Below are positions 1 to 9,228 of a stretch of DNA of 64,000 nt, one piece after another; position 1 is the first letter of the stretch, and each line of letters begins with the position of its first letter. Below the pieces are notes generated by a model, which did no database searches, had not been told where the DNA came from, and saw nothing but the letters and a program-made list of their open reading frames with translations. The DNA comes from Bdellovibrionales bacterium. GTDB lineage: Bacteria; Bdellovibrionota; Bdellovibrionia; Bdellovibrionales; UBA1609. Made by a program: the position numbers and the translations under genes. The stretch covers positions 53,282 to 117,281 of the forward strand of contig CBDATD010000002.1 of the NCBI GenBank assembly GCA_965199935.1. Reading direction: 5' to 3'.

Positions 1-756
1 GACGAGGATGATTTGTATGATACGGATTACGACGAGCTGGAAGATGAGTATGACGGAGCTGGAGCTCGAATTGATTTTACCTCTAGAAATACGATGCAGG
101 AATACAGGCTGGGCAGAAGGGCGAATCACCCCATTGAGAGGGGAAGAGTTTATGTAAATATGAGCCGTGAAGGGAGACATCGTTACTACTCTGGAGAAAT
201 AACAGTTGCTTTTAAGCTGAAAGTCCCAAATGGGAAAGATAGAGTCTATACTCAGCTTTTTCGCTCAGGATGGGGGGATGACAATCAATACAATGTGTGG
301 GCGCGGTTTGGAAGCAAGCTGGGCTTTCATTCTTTCTTCTATGACTCTTGGAAGGGGGTCATCTTAGTGATTGACGAAATTACAAATGTGACCAGCGAGA
401 GAACGGAGCAGGATAAAATTAATTTAAAAAGCCAGCTGGGTTCCGGTTCTATTTGGTTTAAATCCTTCCGCTCCTACCATCGCGGCAACCATGATGACTG
501 CTACGAAGGTGGAAATTACATAGGAATGGGAGAACCAGGCCATCCCCCAGCTCCATCAAAGAGGTGTTGGTTTATTAGTGTGGGGCCTTATAATTGTCAG
601 GCATGGGAGTCTGGCGGCAGAGTTAGAACTTTTACAGCTTTGGAGCCTGACAGCGAGAGCTGTTACAAAAAGTTAGGTGATTTTAAGAATCTGAATATCA
701 GCAAGGCTTTCGATACGGATGAAGGAGATGTTTATATCACTCAACCGTGGTGGTGA
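1..756 (+). CDS. Hypothetical protein, 5'-partial (frame is open from base 1)
   Basis: Frame 1 is open from position 1 (DEDDLYDTDY...) to TGA at 754-756; no recognised motif. Confidence 0.65.
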   Translation, partial: DEDDLYDTDYDELEDEYDGAGARIDFTSRNTMQEYRLGRRANHPIERGRVYVNMSREGRHRYYSGEITVAFKLKVPNGKDRVYTQLFRSGWGDDNQYNVWARFGSKLGFHSFFYDSWKGVILVIDEITNVTSERTEQDKINLKSQLGSGSIWFKSFRSYHRGNHDDCYEGGNYIGMGEPGHPPAPSKRCWFISVGPYNCQAWESGGRVRTFTALEPDSESCYKKLGDFKNLNISKAFDTDEGDVYITQPWW

Positions 757-799
757 AGAAACGGCGGGTGTTAAATGCAGAGGTTTATATGGAGGTAGT

Positions 800-1348
800 A
801 TGTTTTATTTAAAATACATTGGATTTTGTGCGGCGCTGTCTTTACTGCCGGCATGCGGCGGCGGCACGTCATACAATAGAAGAGGGATAACCAATAATCC
901 ATATGGGGGCGGCATCACAACGGGAGTTTCTGCAGGTGTGGCCGTTTTATCCTCCAGTACAGGTGCCAACGTCAGTCAAATGCAGATGCAGATTTTTGGA
1001 ACAGGCGGCAAGTCCGCCATGATTTACAATGGTACAGCTCAACTGACTGGAACAATAACGTTTTCAGGTAATTATGGAAGCAATTATACAAATATTTCTT
1101 ATCCCACTCCACAATATCCTTCAGCTTATTCTGCGTACCCTGCGTACTCACAGAGCTGTGCCGGAGGGCCTGTCCAATTTAATTGTCAGGGATCTGTGTC
1201 CCGGGGGCATTTTAGCTGTCCAAACGCCTCCATTCGCGGAAATGTGTACAAAATTTCCGGTATATTGGGGCCTGGCAGAACTACTGCTGAAAACTATGAA
1301 ATTATTTCTGTGACAGTGCTTGGCCCTTGTACAACACCGCGTCCCTAA
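800..1348 (+). CDS. Hypothetical lipoprotein, Gly/Ser/Tyr-rich
   Basis: GGAGG at 791-795 before ATG 800; signal peptide ending in lipobox-like LLPA-C. Confidence 0.7.
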   Translation: MFYLKYIGFCAALSLLPACGGGTSYNRRGITNNPYGGGITTGVSAGVAVLSSSTGANVSQMQMQIFGTGGKSAMIYNGTAQLTGTITFSGNYGSNYTNISYPTPQYPSAYSAYPAYSQSCAGGPVQFNCQGSVSRGHFSCPNASIRGNVYKISGILGPGRTTAENYEIISVTVLGPCTTPRP

Positions 1349-1349
1349 A

Positions 1350-2210
1350 ATGATTTCACAAGCGGATATTGAAGGGTTTTTGACTTACCTTCAGTTTGTG
1401 GAAAATAAATCCTCGCATACGCTCTCTTCCTACAAAAGGGATTTAGGCAAGTTTGCCTCGTATAAAAAAGTAAAATCGAATCAACTATTTTCTGAATATT
1501 TGTCCAGACAAGGTTTGAGTGCTCGATCTACAGCCCGTGCTGTGAGCGTCGTCCGCTCTTACTCACGCTGGATGGAAAACAAAGGCCGCTCCATACGTTT
1601 TAAGGACTCTTTGAAGACTGCTGACAATCAGAATTCTCTTCCTTTGTTTGTGAGCCATTTGGAGTTTAAATCTATACTCAAAGCCTCCTGTGTAAAGGGC
1701 CGGCCGGTATCTACAAGCCGAAACCACTTGGTTTTAATGTTTTTGTTTTTATTAGGATGCCGGGTGAGTGAGCTGATTTCCATAAAAATTTCAGATTTTA
1801 TAGACACAGATGAGTCCATTGTGATTAAGGGAAAGGGAGGAAAGCAGAGAATACTGCCTGTAGTAGATCCTTTACTGCCGCATTTAAGGGGGTATCTTTC
1901 TGAAGTCCGCCCGCTGCTGGTCCGCTCCTCTAAGACATCTTCCTTAATTCTCAATGACCGAGGCAGAAAGCCGTCCAGAGTGGATGTTTGGAGATGGATT
2001 CAAAAGTGGTCTTTGCAGGCGGGGCTGGAGAAAAAGCACCCTCATCAGTTCCGGCATGGGTGCGCTACGGAGCTATTGGATCACGGAGCGGACTTAAGAA
2101 GCATTCAAGAGTTGTTGGGCCATTCCAGCATTGAAACAACGAAAATATACACCAGGGTCAGCCGCCGCCATATGCAAAAGACTATCAAAAAGCATCATCC
2201 TTTGTCTTAA
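1350..2210 (+). CDS. xerD: XerC/XerD-family tyrosine recombinase
   Basis: Motifs LLGCRVSEL, KGKGGKQR, HQFRHGCATELLDHGADLRSIQELLGHSSIETTKIYT. XerD versus XerC cannot be resolved by eye. Confidence 0.8.
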   Translation: MISQADIEGFLTYLQFVENKSSHTLSSYKRDLGKFASYKKVKSNQLFSEYLSRQGLSARSTARAVSVVRSYSRWMENKGRSIRFKDSLKTADNQNSLPLFVSHLEFKSILKASCVKGRPVSTSRNHLVLMFLFLLGCRVSELISIKISDFIDTDESIVIKGKGGKQRILPVVDPLLPHLRGYLSEVRPLLVRSSKTSSLILNDRGRKPSRVDVWRWIQKWSLQAGLEKKHPHQFRHGCATELLDHGADLRSIQELLGHSSIETTKIYTRVSRRHMQKTIKKHHPLS

Positions 2211-2215
2211 AAAAA

Positions 2216-2243
2216 GAAAGGCCCAAAGGAGGAAGGGCCTTTC
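2216..2243. terminator. Hairpin between convergent genes, probable bidirectional terminator
   Basis: GAAAGGCCC-N10-GGGCCTTTC perfect 9-bp inverted repeat with an A-tract on the left. Confidence 0.65.
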
Positions 2244-2283
2244 CCGCGCATCCGTGCGGTCGTCGATTTAAAAAGTGAATTTG

Positions 2284-3024
2284 TTAACTTTTATTTAAAA
2301 TTTGTTTCTCCCATTGGGCAATTTCCTGCTTTAAGTAATTGTCCTCGTGTTTTAAATTTTTGTATTTGTTCACCAATTGGAGAGCCTCTTTTTGCCGGCT
2401 TAATTGAACGAGGATATTAATTTTGTTTCTAACAGCATTAACAGGGATGATGTTTTGTTTTTGCCGGTTGATAATTTTTCCATAATAGATCAAGGCTCTC
2501 TCAGGCTGTTTGCTTTTTTCCAACAGCTGAGCGTAGTTGAAGGCTGACTGAGCGTCCAGAGGCTCTTCTTCAAAAGTGGAGAAGTATTTTTTGTAAGTTT
2601 GCAGAGCGTCTCTTGTTTTTTCTCTTCGCAGTTGGAAGAGAGCCAGATTTTTCAATGACTCTTGTTCTCCGGAAACTTTATAGCTCTTTTTTAAAGCGCT
2701 TTCCATACAATCGTGTTTATTTCCTCTCTTGCACACCTCAAATAGTTGGTTGTATTGTTGAGGGCCTGCCAGCATGAGAACTTCTGCTGTTTTCAAATAC
2801 ACAATATTCAGAGAGTCCGAACCCCACTTTGACAGGTGAAATAGCAAAAGCAAAAATCCTATGGAGGCGGCGGCCATGGATTTTACGATAGACCTTTGTG
2901 TTTTATTAAATGCTCTCTTTGGAGAGGCATTTTGACTCCATCCGCAGTTTGAACAAAGCACTGCGGCTGAATGAGCTGTGTTGCCGTTTAATGGCTGGTA
3001 GCATAAGGGGCAGTTTGTTTTCAT
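2284..3024 (-). CDS. Hypothetical protein: N-terminal zinc ribbon, TM segment, TPR-like repeats
   Basis: CPLC...CSNC, hydrophobic helix, helical repeats (FNYAQLLEKS...ALIYY); GGAGG upstream of ATG 3024. Confidence 0.7.
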   Translation of the reverse strand: MKTNCPLCYQPLNGNTAHSAAVLCSNCGWSQNASPKRAFNKTQRSIVKSMAAASIGFLLLLFHLSKWGSDSLNIVYLKTAEVLMLAGPQQYNQLFEVCKRGNKHDCMESALKKSYKVSGEQESLKNLALFQLRREKTRDALQTYKKYFSTFEEEPLDAQSAFNYAQLLEKSKQPERALIYYGKIINRQKQNIIPVNAVRNKINILVQLSRQKEALQLVNKYKNLKHEDNYLKQEIAQWEKQILNKS

Positions 3025-3242
3025 TTTATCCTCCTTGTTAGATGTTCCTCTGCCCATAAACCTGCAAAAAAATGTCCGAAGCTCTGTAAGCTCCTGATTT
3101 GTATGAAGAAAATGACTAAAATTGTTTTTATTTTTGGGAAGGGTGTTTCGTATTGAATCAATAGTCTGTTTGAATTTTTTTTAGGCAGGACAAAAATTGT
3201 CTGCCTTCTTGACCTTTCAGTATTCTCTTTCAAAAATGGGGT

Positions 3243-4046
3243 ATGACTTATCTGATCAAAGGAGGCCTGACAGCGGTTTTGCTTTATGGGCTTACAGTGC
3301 TGGCCGTTTATATCTTCCAGAGAAAATTGATCTATTTTCCATCTAGAGCTGTCCCTTCACTAGGAGGATTAAGTTCTGTGTATGATGAGGTTTATATTAA
3401 AACCACCGACGGACTTCAGTTACTGCATTGGTATGCCCGCAGGGGGCGGCCTATTGTCATTGTCTTCCACGGCAATGCCGGAAGCATTGAAGGCCGGGGG
3501 TATAAGTTCAAATTTTTAGCAGATCAGGGTTACTCTGTTTTACTGGCAGAATATCGAGGGTACGGCTCTAACCCCGGGAGTCCCACTGAAAAAAATATCA
3601 TTGCTGACTCTGCCTCAATTGTTGATTGGCTTTTGAAAAAAGAGATCTCGTCTGCTCAAGATATGGTGTTTTTTGGAGAATCTTTAGGGTCAGGGGCGGC
3701 TACTGCCCTTGCTGTTCAATATGAGGTCAAAGGGCTTATTTTTGAAGGAGCCTTCACATCTGCTGTGGAACTGGGACAAAGGGTGTATCCTTTTTTGCCG
3801 GTTCGTTGGCTGATGAAGGATACTTGGGATTCCAAATCCCGCATCAAAGAGGTAAAGGACACACCTAAAATGTTTATCCATGCTCAGCAGGACTTTGTAG
3901 TACCCTTTGATTTAGGACAAAAATTGTTTGATTCAGCTTTGGAGCCTAAACAGCACTTATGGCTGAATAGGGCGGGCCATGTGGATAATTTAGGGCTTGT
4001 TCAAAAAGAAGTGTTGGATTTTTTAGGTGATGTGGAGAAGAGATGA
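3243..4046 (+). CDS. Alpha/beta hydrolase (ABHD13/BEM46-like) with N-terminal membrane anchor
   Basis: FHGNAG, EYRGYG, nucleophile FGESLGSG, HAQQD and GH motifs. Confidence 0.9.
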   Translation: MTYLIKGGLTAVLLYGLTVLAVYIFQRKLIYFPSRAVPSLGGLSSVYDEVYIKTTDGLQLLHWYARRGRPIVIVFHGNAGSIEGRGYKFKFLADQGYSVLLAEYRGYGSNPGSPTEKNIIADSASIVDWLLKKEISSAQDMVFFGESLGSGAATALAVQYEVKGLIFEGAFTSAVELGQRVYPFLPVRWLMKDTWDSKSRIKEVKDTPKMFIHAQQDFVVPFDLGQKLFDSALEPKQHLWLNRAGHVDNLGLVQKEVLDFLGDVEKR

Positions 4047-4345
4047 CTCCTATTAAAGAGCTTATGGAGAAAAGACTGCAAAGTGGATTGTCGCCGGTTC
4101 TGTTGGAAATTGTGGACGAAAGCCCTCAACACGGAAGTGCAAAACCCAGTCATTTCCGTATTTTAATTGTTTCATCTGCTTTTGAAGGCTTGTCTGTCCT
4201 AAAAAGACATCAGAGAGTTTACGAGGCTTTGGGGGATATTATGAATGTAATTCATGCTTTTTCTCAGCAAACCTATACCCTATCGGAGTGGGAGGCCAGA
4301 GGTGTTCGCGCCTCTTCGCCGCCCTGTCAGCACTCGAAGAAATAA
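4043..4345 (+). CDS. bolA: BolA family protein
   Basis: IVDESPQH, SHFRILIVSSAFEG, RHQRVYEAL, IHA motifs. Confidence 0.88.
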   Translation: MTPIKELMEKRLQSGLSPVLLEIVDESPQHGSAKPSHFRILIVSSAFEGLSVLKRHQRVYEALGDIMNVIHAFSQQTYTLSEWEARGVRASSPPCQHSKK

Positions 4346-4494
4346 AAGATTTTCAGGTCCCATAAAAGACGTTCTTACGGCGGGATGTGGAGGCTTTTAT
4401 GACTCAATAAGTCCAAAAAATAAAAAAAATTTTGTCAAATGAGGAAAACATGACTTATGCTTTAACTATGCCATCATAAACATTGGAGGTCGAA

Positions 4495-5025
4495 ATGCCT
4501 AAGAAGAAAGCAAAAAGGAAGGCTGTTAAAAGATCAGCTAAAAAGAAGAAAGTAGTTAGAAAGAAGAAGAAAGCCGTGAAAAAGAAGAAAGTAGTTAGAA
4601 AGAAAAAGAAAGCTGTGAAAAAGAAAAAAGTGGTTAGAAAGAAGAAGAAAAAAGTAGTGAAAAAGAAAAAAGCAGCTAAGAAGAAGTCGGCTAAGAAGAA
4701 AGCTGTGAAAAAGAAAAAAGTGGTTAGAAAGAAGAAGAAAGCCGTGAAAAAGAAGAAGTCTAAGAAAAAAAGAAAGCCCAATCCGGCTTTCCTCAAACCT
4801 CTCAATGCATCCAGCAAATTGGCCAATGTCGTAGGGAAAAGTAAGATTACAAGACAGGAAGCTATCAAAAATTTCTGGGCCTATGTGAGGAAGAAAGGTC
4901 TGCAGGACAGCAAGAACAGAAGAAATATTAATTTAGACGATCATCTTAAGCCGCTCTTTGGTTCTAAGAGCCAAGTGAGTATGTTTGAGGTGGCTAAAGT
5001 TATTAGTAAAAATTTGAGCAATTAG
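4495..5025 (+). CDS. Histone H1-like Lys-rich protein with C-terminal SWIB/MDM2 domain
   Basis: About 95 aa of KKKKVVR/KKKKAV repeats, then PNPAFLKP...FWAYVRKKGLQD...NINLD...VSMFEV; GGAGG at 4485-4489. Confidence 0.85.
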   Translation: MPKKKAKRKAVKRSAKKKKVVRKKKKAVKKKKVVRKKKKAVKKKKVVRKKKKKVVKKKKAAKKKSAKKKAVKKKKVVRKKKKAVKKKKSKKKRKPNPAFLKPLNASSKLANVVGKSKITRQEAIKNFWAYVRKKGLQDSKNRRNINLDDHLKPLFGSKSQVSMFEVAKVISKNLSN

Positions 5026-5046
5026 TTTTTACTTAAAAGCAGGGAA

Positions 5047-5083
5047 AAGGATCCGCCTTCATTGGAGAGTGGGTCCTTTTTTT
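5047..5083 (+). terminator. Intrinsic terminator after the SWIB gene
   Basis: AAGGATCCGC...GTGGGTCCTT stem with G.U pairs, followed by a T-tract. Confidence 0.6.
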
Positions 5084-5102
5084 GGAATCTTGGTGGTTTT
5101 CA

Positions 5103-5882
5103 TTGACTCCTTTAGCTCCTGACGAAATTCCTTTGATGAGGGAAGTCTGTGTGTTGGCGGCTGATACTTTGGTGTATTTGGGCGGCAGACTTCGAGAGGG
5201 GCAAAGCACTGAGGAATTGGACCGTTTGGCGTATGAATACATTTCTGATCACCAAGCGGCGCCGGCTCCGTTAAATTACAAAGGTTTCCCGAAATCTATA
5301 TGTACTTCGGTGAATGATTGTATTTGCCATGGGGTGCCTTCCTCTTCCGAAATTTTAAAAGATGGGGATATTATCAACATTGATGTTACTTGTGTTAAAA
5401 ATGGGTTTTACGGGGATACCTCAAGGACTTTTTTTATCGGCAGTGTGAGTGAACAGGCCAAAAAACTGACTCAATGCGCTTGGGATTCCATGATGAAGGG
5501 CATCTCAGCAATACGGCCTTTAGGTCATGTGGGAGATGTGGGTTTTGCCATACACAAATGTGCTTCGCGGGGAGGGTTTTACCCTGTTCAAAATATTGGA
5601 GGACATGGTATTGGGAAGGTGTTTCATGAAGAGCCGTTTGTTCCATCTTTTGGGAAAAAAGGCAGGGGGGATGTTCTCAAGCCTTGGGCCTGCATTACAG
5701 TTGAACCAATGATTAATGAGACCCCGGCTCCAATTCGAGAGTTTGACATTCCAGGTTCGGAGATTAAGTATTACCATACTTCAGATAAGAAACTTTCTGC
5801 TCAATTTGAGCATACTGTTTTAATTAATGATGAGGCTTATGAGATTTTAACTTTGCCGCTGGAAGATGATAAAGCTGTGTAA
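5103..5882 (+). CDS. map: Methionine aminopeptidase type I
   Basis: GFPKSICTSVNDCICHGVP, DGDIINIDV, GHGIG, TVEPMIN, SAQFEHT. TTG 5103 chosen as start because TTG 5082 lies in the terminator; start uncertain. Confidence 0.93.
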   Translation: MTPLAPDEIPLMREVCVLAADTLVYLGGRLREGQSTEELDRLAYEYISDHQAAPAPLNYKGFPKSICTSVNDCICHGVPSSSEILKDGDIINIDVTCVKNGFYGDTSRTFFIGSVSEQAKKLTQCAWDSMMKGISAIRPLGHVGDVGFAIHKCASRGGFYPVQNIGGHGIGKVFHEEPFVPSFGKKGRGDVLKPWACITVEPMINETPAPIREFDIPGSEIKYYHTSDKKLSAQFEHTVLINDEAYEILTLPLEDDKAV

Positions 5883-5911
5883 GCTGTTTTGTGCGGCGAA
5901 AAGAGGAAGTT

Positions 5912-6463
5912 ATGGATCATATTTTGTGGATTGATTTAGAGATGACGGGTTTGGATCCGGAAAAAGAGGTGATTATTGAAGTGGGCGCTATTGTTACAGA
6001 TGCTGTAAAATTGGAAGAGCTGGACCGGTATCACTGTGTAGTGAGACAGCATAAGGAATATTTGGATAAGATGGACGTGTGGAATACTAAGGTTCATCGA
6101 GCTTCCGGGCTTTATGATCTGATCCCAACAGGCAAGACAATGGCGTCAGCAGAAGAGGATTTGATTCAGTTTATGGAGAAACATTTCAAGAGCCGGCCGG
6201 CGGTGATTGCAGGCAATTCGATTTCTCAGGACCGTGCTTTTATTAAAAAACATTTTCCAGCTTTGGAGTCTAAGCTTCACTACCGTATGCTGGATGTGAC
6301 GGCTTGGAAACTGATTATGGAAAAAGCAGGTGTTGTTTTTGATAAAAAAAATGTGCATCGGGCTTTGAGTGATATTGAGGAAAGTGTGGAAGAAATGCGT
6401 TTTTATCTTAAGTTTGTGGATCAAAACAAACTGTTGAGCTATAAGCAAAGTCAAAAGAGTTAG
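5912..6463 (+). CDS. orn: Oligoribonuclease
   Basis: WIDLEMTGLD, AGNSI..DR.F, LHYRMLDV, HRAL.DI.ES; GAGGA before ATG 5912. Confidence 0.95.
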   Translation: MDHILWIDLEMTGLDPEKEVIIEVGAIVTDAVKLEELDRYHCVVRQHKEYLDKMDVWNTKVHRASGLYDLIPTGKTMASAEEDLIQFMEKHFKSRPAVIAGNSISQDRAFIKKHFPALESKLHYRMLDVTAWKLIMEKAGVVFDKKNVHRALSDIEESVEEMRFYLKFVDQNKLLSYKQSQKS

Positions 6464-6516
6464 TTGCTGTTTTGCTTACAGCAATGATATGCTTTTGCTG
6501 TTTTAATGGTGTTTTT

Positions 6517-6593
<77 letters not shown>

Positions 6594-6598
6594 TTTTA

Positions 6599-6637
6599 TA
6601 AAAAAATCAGAGGGCTGTAAGTCCTCTGATTTTTTTA
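6599..6637 (+). terminator. tRNA-Asp terminator hairpin with GGCT-GTA-AGTC apex
   Basis: TAAAAAAATCAGAG-GGCT-GTA-AGTC-CTCTGATTTTTTTA. Confidence 0.85.
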
Positions 6638-6694
6638 TCTGCTTCAGTCTGCAAGCTTCTCCTACACGCACACCAGTAGAAAGCATAAAAACAG

Positions 6695-7120
6695 CTAGTT
6701 TCCAATAAACTGGACCACTGGAATAACAGGGGAGGCCATATCTTTGGCCCTAAGGCTATGTTCGTGAAGCAAGGTTTGATAATACAAAAGCTGGCTAAAA
6801 AGCTCAGGATCATAATAGGATTTATGTTCCAGAAGGATGAAGATTTTAATGGTGGTTTTAGGCTGGGATTTAAGGGGTACAGAAAAAACAAGATCGGCTC
6901 TTTTATCTTCTAAGCTGTCTTTTTCTACTTTTAAGTTTTTCCAATCACAGGCTTTGAGTTCTTCCTTATTGAAAATTAATTAAAAAAGCTCCAAAGCAAA
7001 AGCCGGGTCAGAATAGAAGCTTTTAAAAAACATATCATGATGATTAACGGATTTCTTAATTGGCTGAGATTTTGAATCCGTAGATTTTTTAATTGCGACA
7101 TAAAAAATTAACCTTCTCAT
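6695..7120 (-). pseudogene. Rpn/YhgA-like PD-(D/E)XK nuclease (putative transposase) remnant; not in the ORF track
   Basis: Manual translation HHDMFFKSFYSDP...ELF*LIF...RADLVFSV...IFILLEHKSY.DP...QLLYYQ...PVIPVV; in-frame TAA at 6980-6982; C-terminal half missing. Confidence 0.8.
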
Positions 7121-7315
7121 GGATAGAGTAAAAGCCTCATTTTAAGAGGATTTTAACAAAAGACGAGTTTTTTCTGTGATGAACCTAATAAAAAAAACTA
7201 AAAAATATATTCTGATTTAGATTTTAAGTCGTTAAACCAACCAAAAACGAAAGACTGAGCGGTAGAGTCTGCCTGACTCTAACCTTGTTACACAGGTTGT
7301 TTTAAAGGAGTAGTA

Positions 7316-8275
7316 TTATTTTTTTTGGAACAATAGTAAAATAAGGCCAATCATCTTTTCTTTATCTTGGGGGTTGCTTTCTGCAATTAATAAAGTCAAA
7401 GCTGTTAAAGCCGGCGGTGTTAGACCAGCCGGCAGTTTTGAAACTTTTTGCAAGAACCAAATAAAAGCAAAAGCACCGCTCCTTTTATTTCCATCGGAAA
7501 ACGGATGGTTTTTCACTATAAAATACAAAAGATGCGCTGATTTTTCTTCAAGTGTCGCATACAAATCCTGTCCGCCAAAAGATTGAAAAACATTTCCTAC
7601 AATTCCGGCTAAAGCATTTGTTTGCCTTTCCTGTCCGAACAAATGAGTAGCTTGCTTTTCAGACATAAGCTTTTTCTTTAGTTGTTTTAAAGCAGTATTT
7701 AATTCTTCGGCCGTAAAATGCGCTTGTTTTTTTGTAAAACCTTTCTTAGGAAATTTGTTTTTATCGTAAGATTCCAAAGAAAACCATGTGTGGGAAAAAG
7801 CTTTAATAAGCTCCATGGCTGACTGGACAGAGATAGCTTGATCTGCAGGTACAAGGCTTTTTATATCTTCTAAAGTGTTTTGAAATTTTCGATAATTTTT
7901 AGCCAGCTGTTTTTTATTGATTGTATAGCCTTCTAAAAGGTGCTGTTTTAAGGTTTTAGTGGCCCAGATGCGAAACTGTGTGGCTTGTGTGGAATCCACC
8001 CTATAACCCACTGATAAAATCATATCTAAGTTATAGTAATCTACTTGATATGTTTTTCCGTCTGAGGCAGTTGTTGCAATTTTTGCAACAACTGATTTTT
8101 CCTTTAATTCCAGTGATTTATAGATGTTTTTGATGTGTCTGGAAATAACAGACTTATCCCGGCCAAAAAGCTCAGCAATCTGGTTTAAACTGCCCCAAAT
8201 CGTGTCTTTTTTAAAGTCACCCCGAAACTCAATCTTTCCGCTTCTGGCCTGATAAATAACAATATTTTTATTCAT
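7316..8275 (-). CDS. RhuM-family N-terminal domain fused to a Fic/Doc domain
   Basis: YNLDMILSVGYRVDS..ATQFRIWAT..LKQHL..GY (RhuM-like); HPFSDGNKRSG (Doc-type motif); GAGGGA before ATG 8275. Confidence 0.85.
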   Translation of the reverse strand: MNKNIVIYQARSGKIEFRGDFKKDTIWGSLNQIAELFGRDKSVISRHIKNIYKSLELKEKSVVAKIATTASDGKTYQVDYYNLDMILSVGYRVDSTQATQFRIWATKTLKQHLLEGYTINKKQLAKNYRKFQNTLEDIKSLVPADQAISVQSAMELIKAFSHTWFSLESYDKNKFPKKGFTKKQAHFTAEELNTALKQLKKKLMSEKQATHLFGQERQTNALAGIVGNVFQSFGGQDLYATLEEKSAHLLYFIVKNHPFSDGNKRSGAFAFIWFLQKVSKLPAGLTPPALTALTLLIAESNPQDKEKMIGLILLLFQKK

Positions 8276-8282
8276 AATTCCC

Positions 8283-8693
8283 TCATTTTTTATAAACAAA
8301 CCATTTCGCCCTTTCAGGACCGCTACCGCCTGAATGCCCATCACAACTTTGAATTTTAATCTCTCTTGTTTCAGTTCTTTGAGCTTCTTTTTTTGATTCA
8401 TAAATACCAATGATTTCACATTCTATGACAGTGTGTTGCTCCTTGTTTTCATATTTATTCATCCAGTAAGTTAACCGGTCTTTTGGCTTATGAGACATTC
8501 CAATTCTGCAATAAGTATCTTTTTCCAAAAAAACAGACTCATCTACAAGTCTAGGTTCATCTTTCAATTCAGGTTCATTTATAAATTCAAAAAATAGAAG
8601 AATAGCCGACACTATAAGAAATACAAGATATGCAAGCGGCTTTTGGTAGCTGAACTGTTTATAAAAGAGAGGATTGAATTTTCTAAATTTCAT
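8283..8693 (-). CDS. Hypothetical membrane-anchored protein, possible GIY-YIG-like domain
   Basis: TM helix, then YCRIGMSHKPKDRL and EAQRTE; weak motif match. Confidence 0.55.
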   Translation of the reverse strand: MKFRKFNPLFYKQFSYQKPLAYLVFLIVSAILLFFEFINEPELKDEPRLVDESVFLEKDTYCRIGMSHKPKDRLTYWMNKYENKEQHTVIECEIIGIYESKKEAQRTETREIKIQSCDGHSGGSGPERAKWFVYKK

Positions 8694-9031
8694 TATTTTT
8701 TTATGTAACCATACAAAATCTACATTATTATAAAAAAATTTTAAGGATTAAACATATCTATATATTTACACTATTGTAAAACAAGCTTCAAATTTTTTCT
8801 GATGATATGAAAAATGTAAAAAAAGATCTTAATATAGCTAATATTTTAGGGTTTTGATACTTTATGTAGTCTGGGTGTTATCTCTTTAAAATTGATCGAG
8901 AGGTTTGGTTCTTTTCTAAAATTTTAACGGGATTTTCCGGTTACGATAGGTTATCAGCGGTTACTAGTGGGTGAATAGGAGCGGTTTTGGTTAGTTTTGG
9001 GCTTATTTTTCGGCCTTAAAATGCCGTTTTT

Positions 9032-9050
9032 AGTCCCGTCCACCCCGCCA
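9032..9050 (+). repeat. att-like direct repeat of the tRNA-Asp 3' end
   Basis: AGTCCCGTCCACCCCGCCA is identical to 6575-6593. Confidence 0.9.
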
Positions 9051-9228
9051 CTGCTTTTTTAACTCATTGAAAACACTAGGATTTTTTGGGGTGAAATAAA
9101 ATTTTGCGTGATTTTTTTAAGCTGTAATAAATAACTTTACTTAGTTTTACTCAATAATGAAAACTTTAATATAGTGCATTGGACCTCGTTTTTATCTCTT
9201 TTTTTTGGAGGCAGTCTCTTTTTGAGAG

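Larger units (their letters stand above)
6594..9050. mobile_element. tRNA-Asp-linked islet 1, no integrase
   Basis: Lies between tRNA-Asp and a 19-bp copy of its 3' end; AT-rich accessory cargo. Confidence 0.6.

Noticed and set aside
1350-2210. xerD-like gene as the integrase of the tRNA-Asp islets
   Set aside because: Size and motifs fit housekeeping XerC/D; it is embedded among core genes 4 kb outside the att repeats
4455-4868. Phe-rich minus-strand ORF of 137 aa
   Set aside because: Antisense mirror of the poly-Lys codons of the SWIB gene
6607-6891. 94-aa minus-strand ORF in the track
   Set aside because: Off-frame shadow; the real signal is the Rpn remnant in another minus frame
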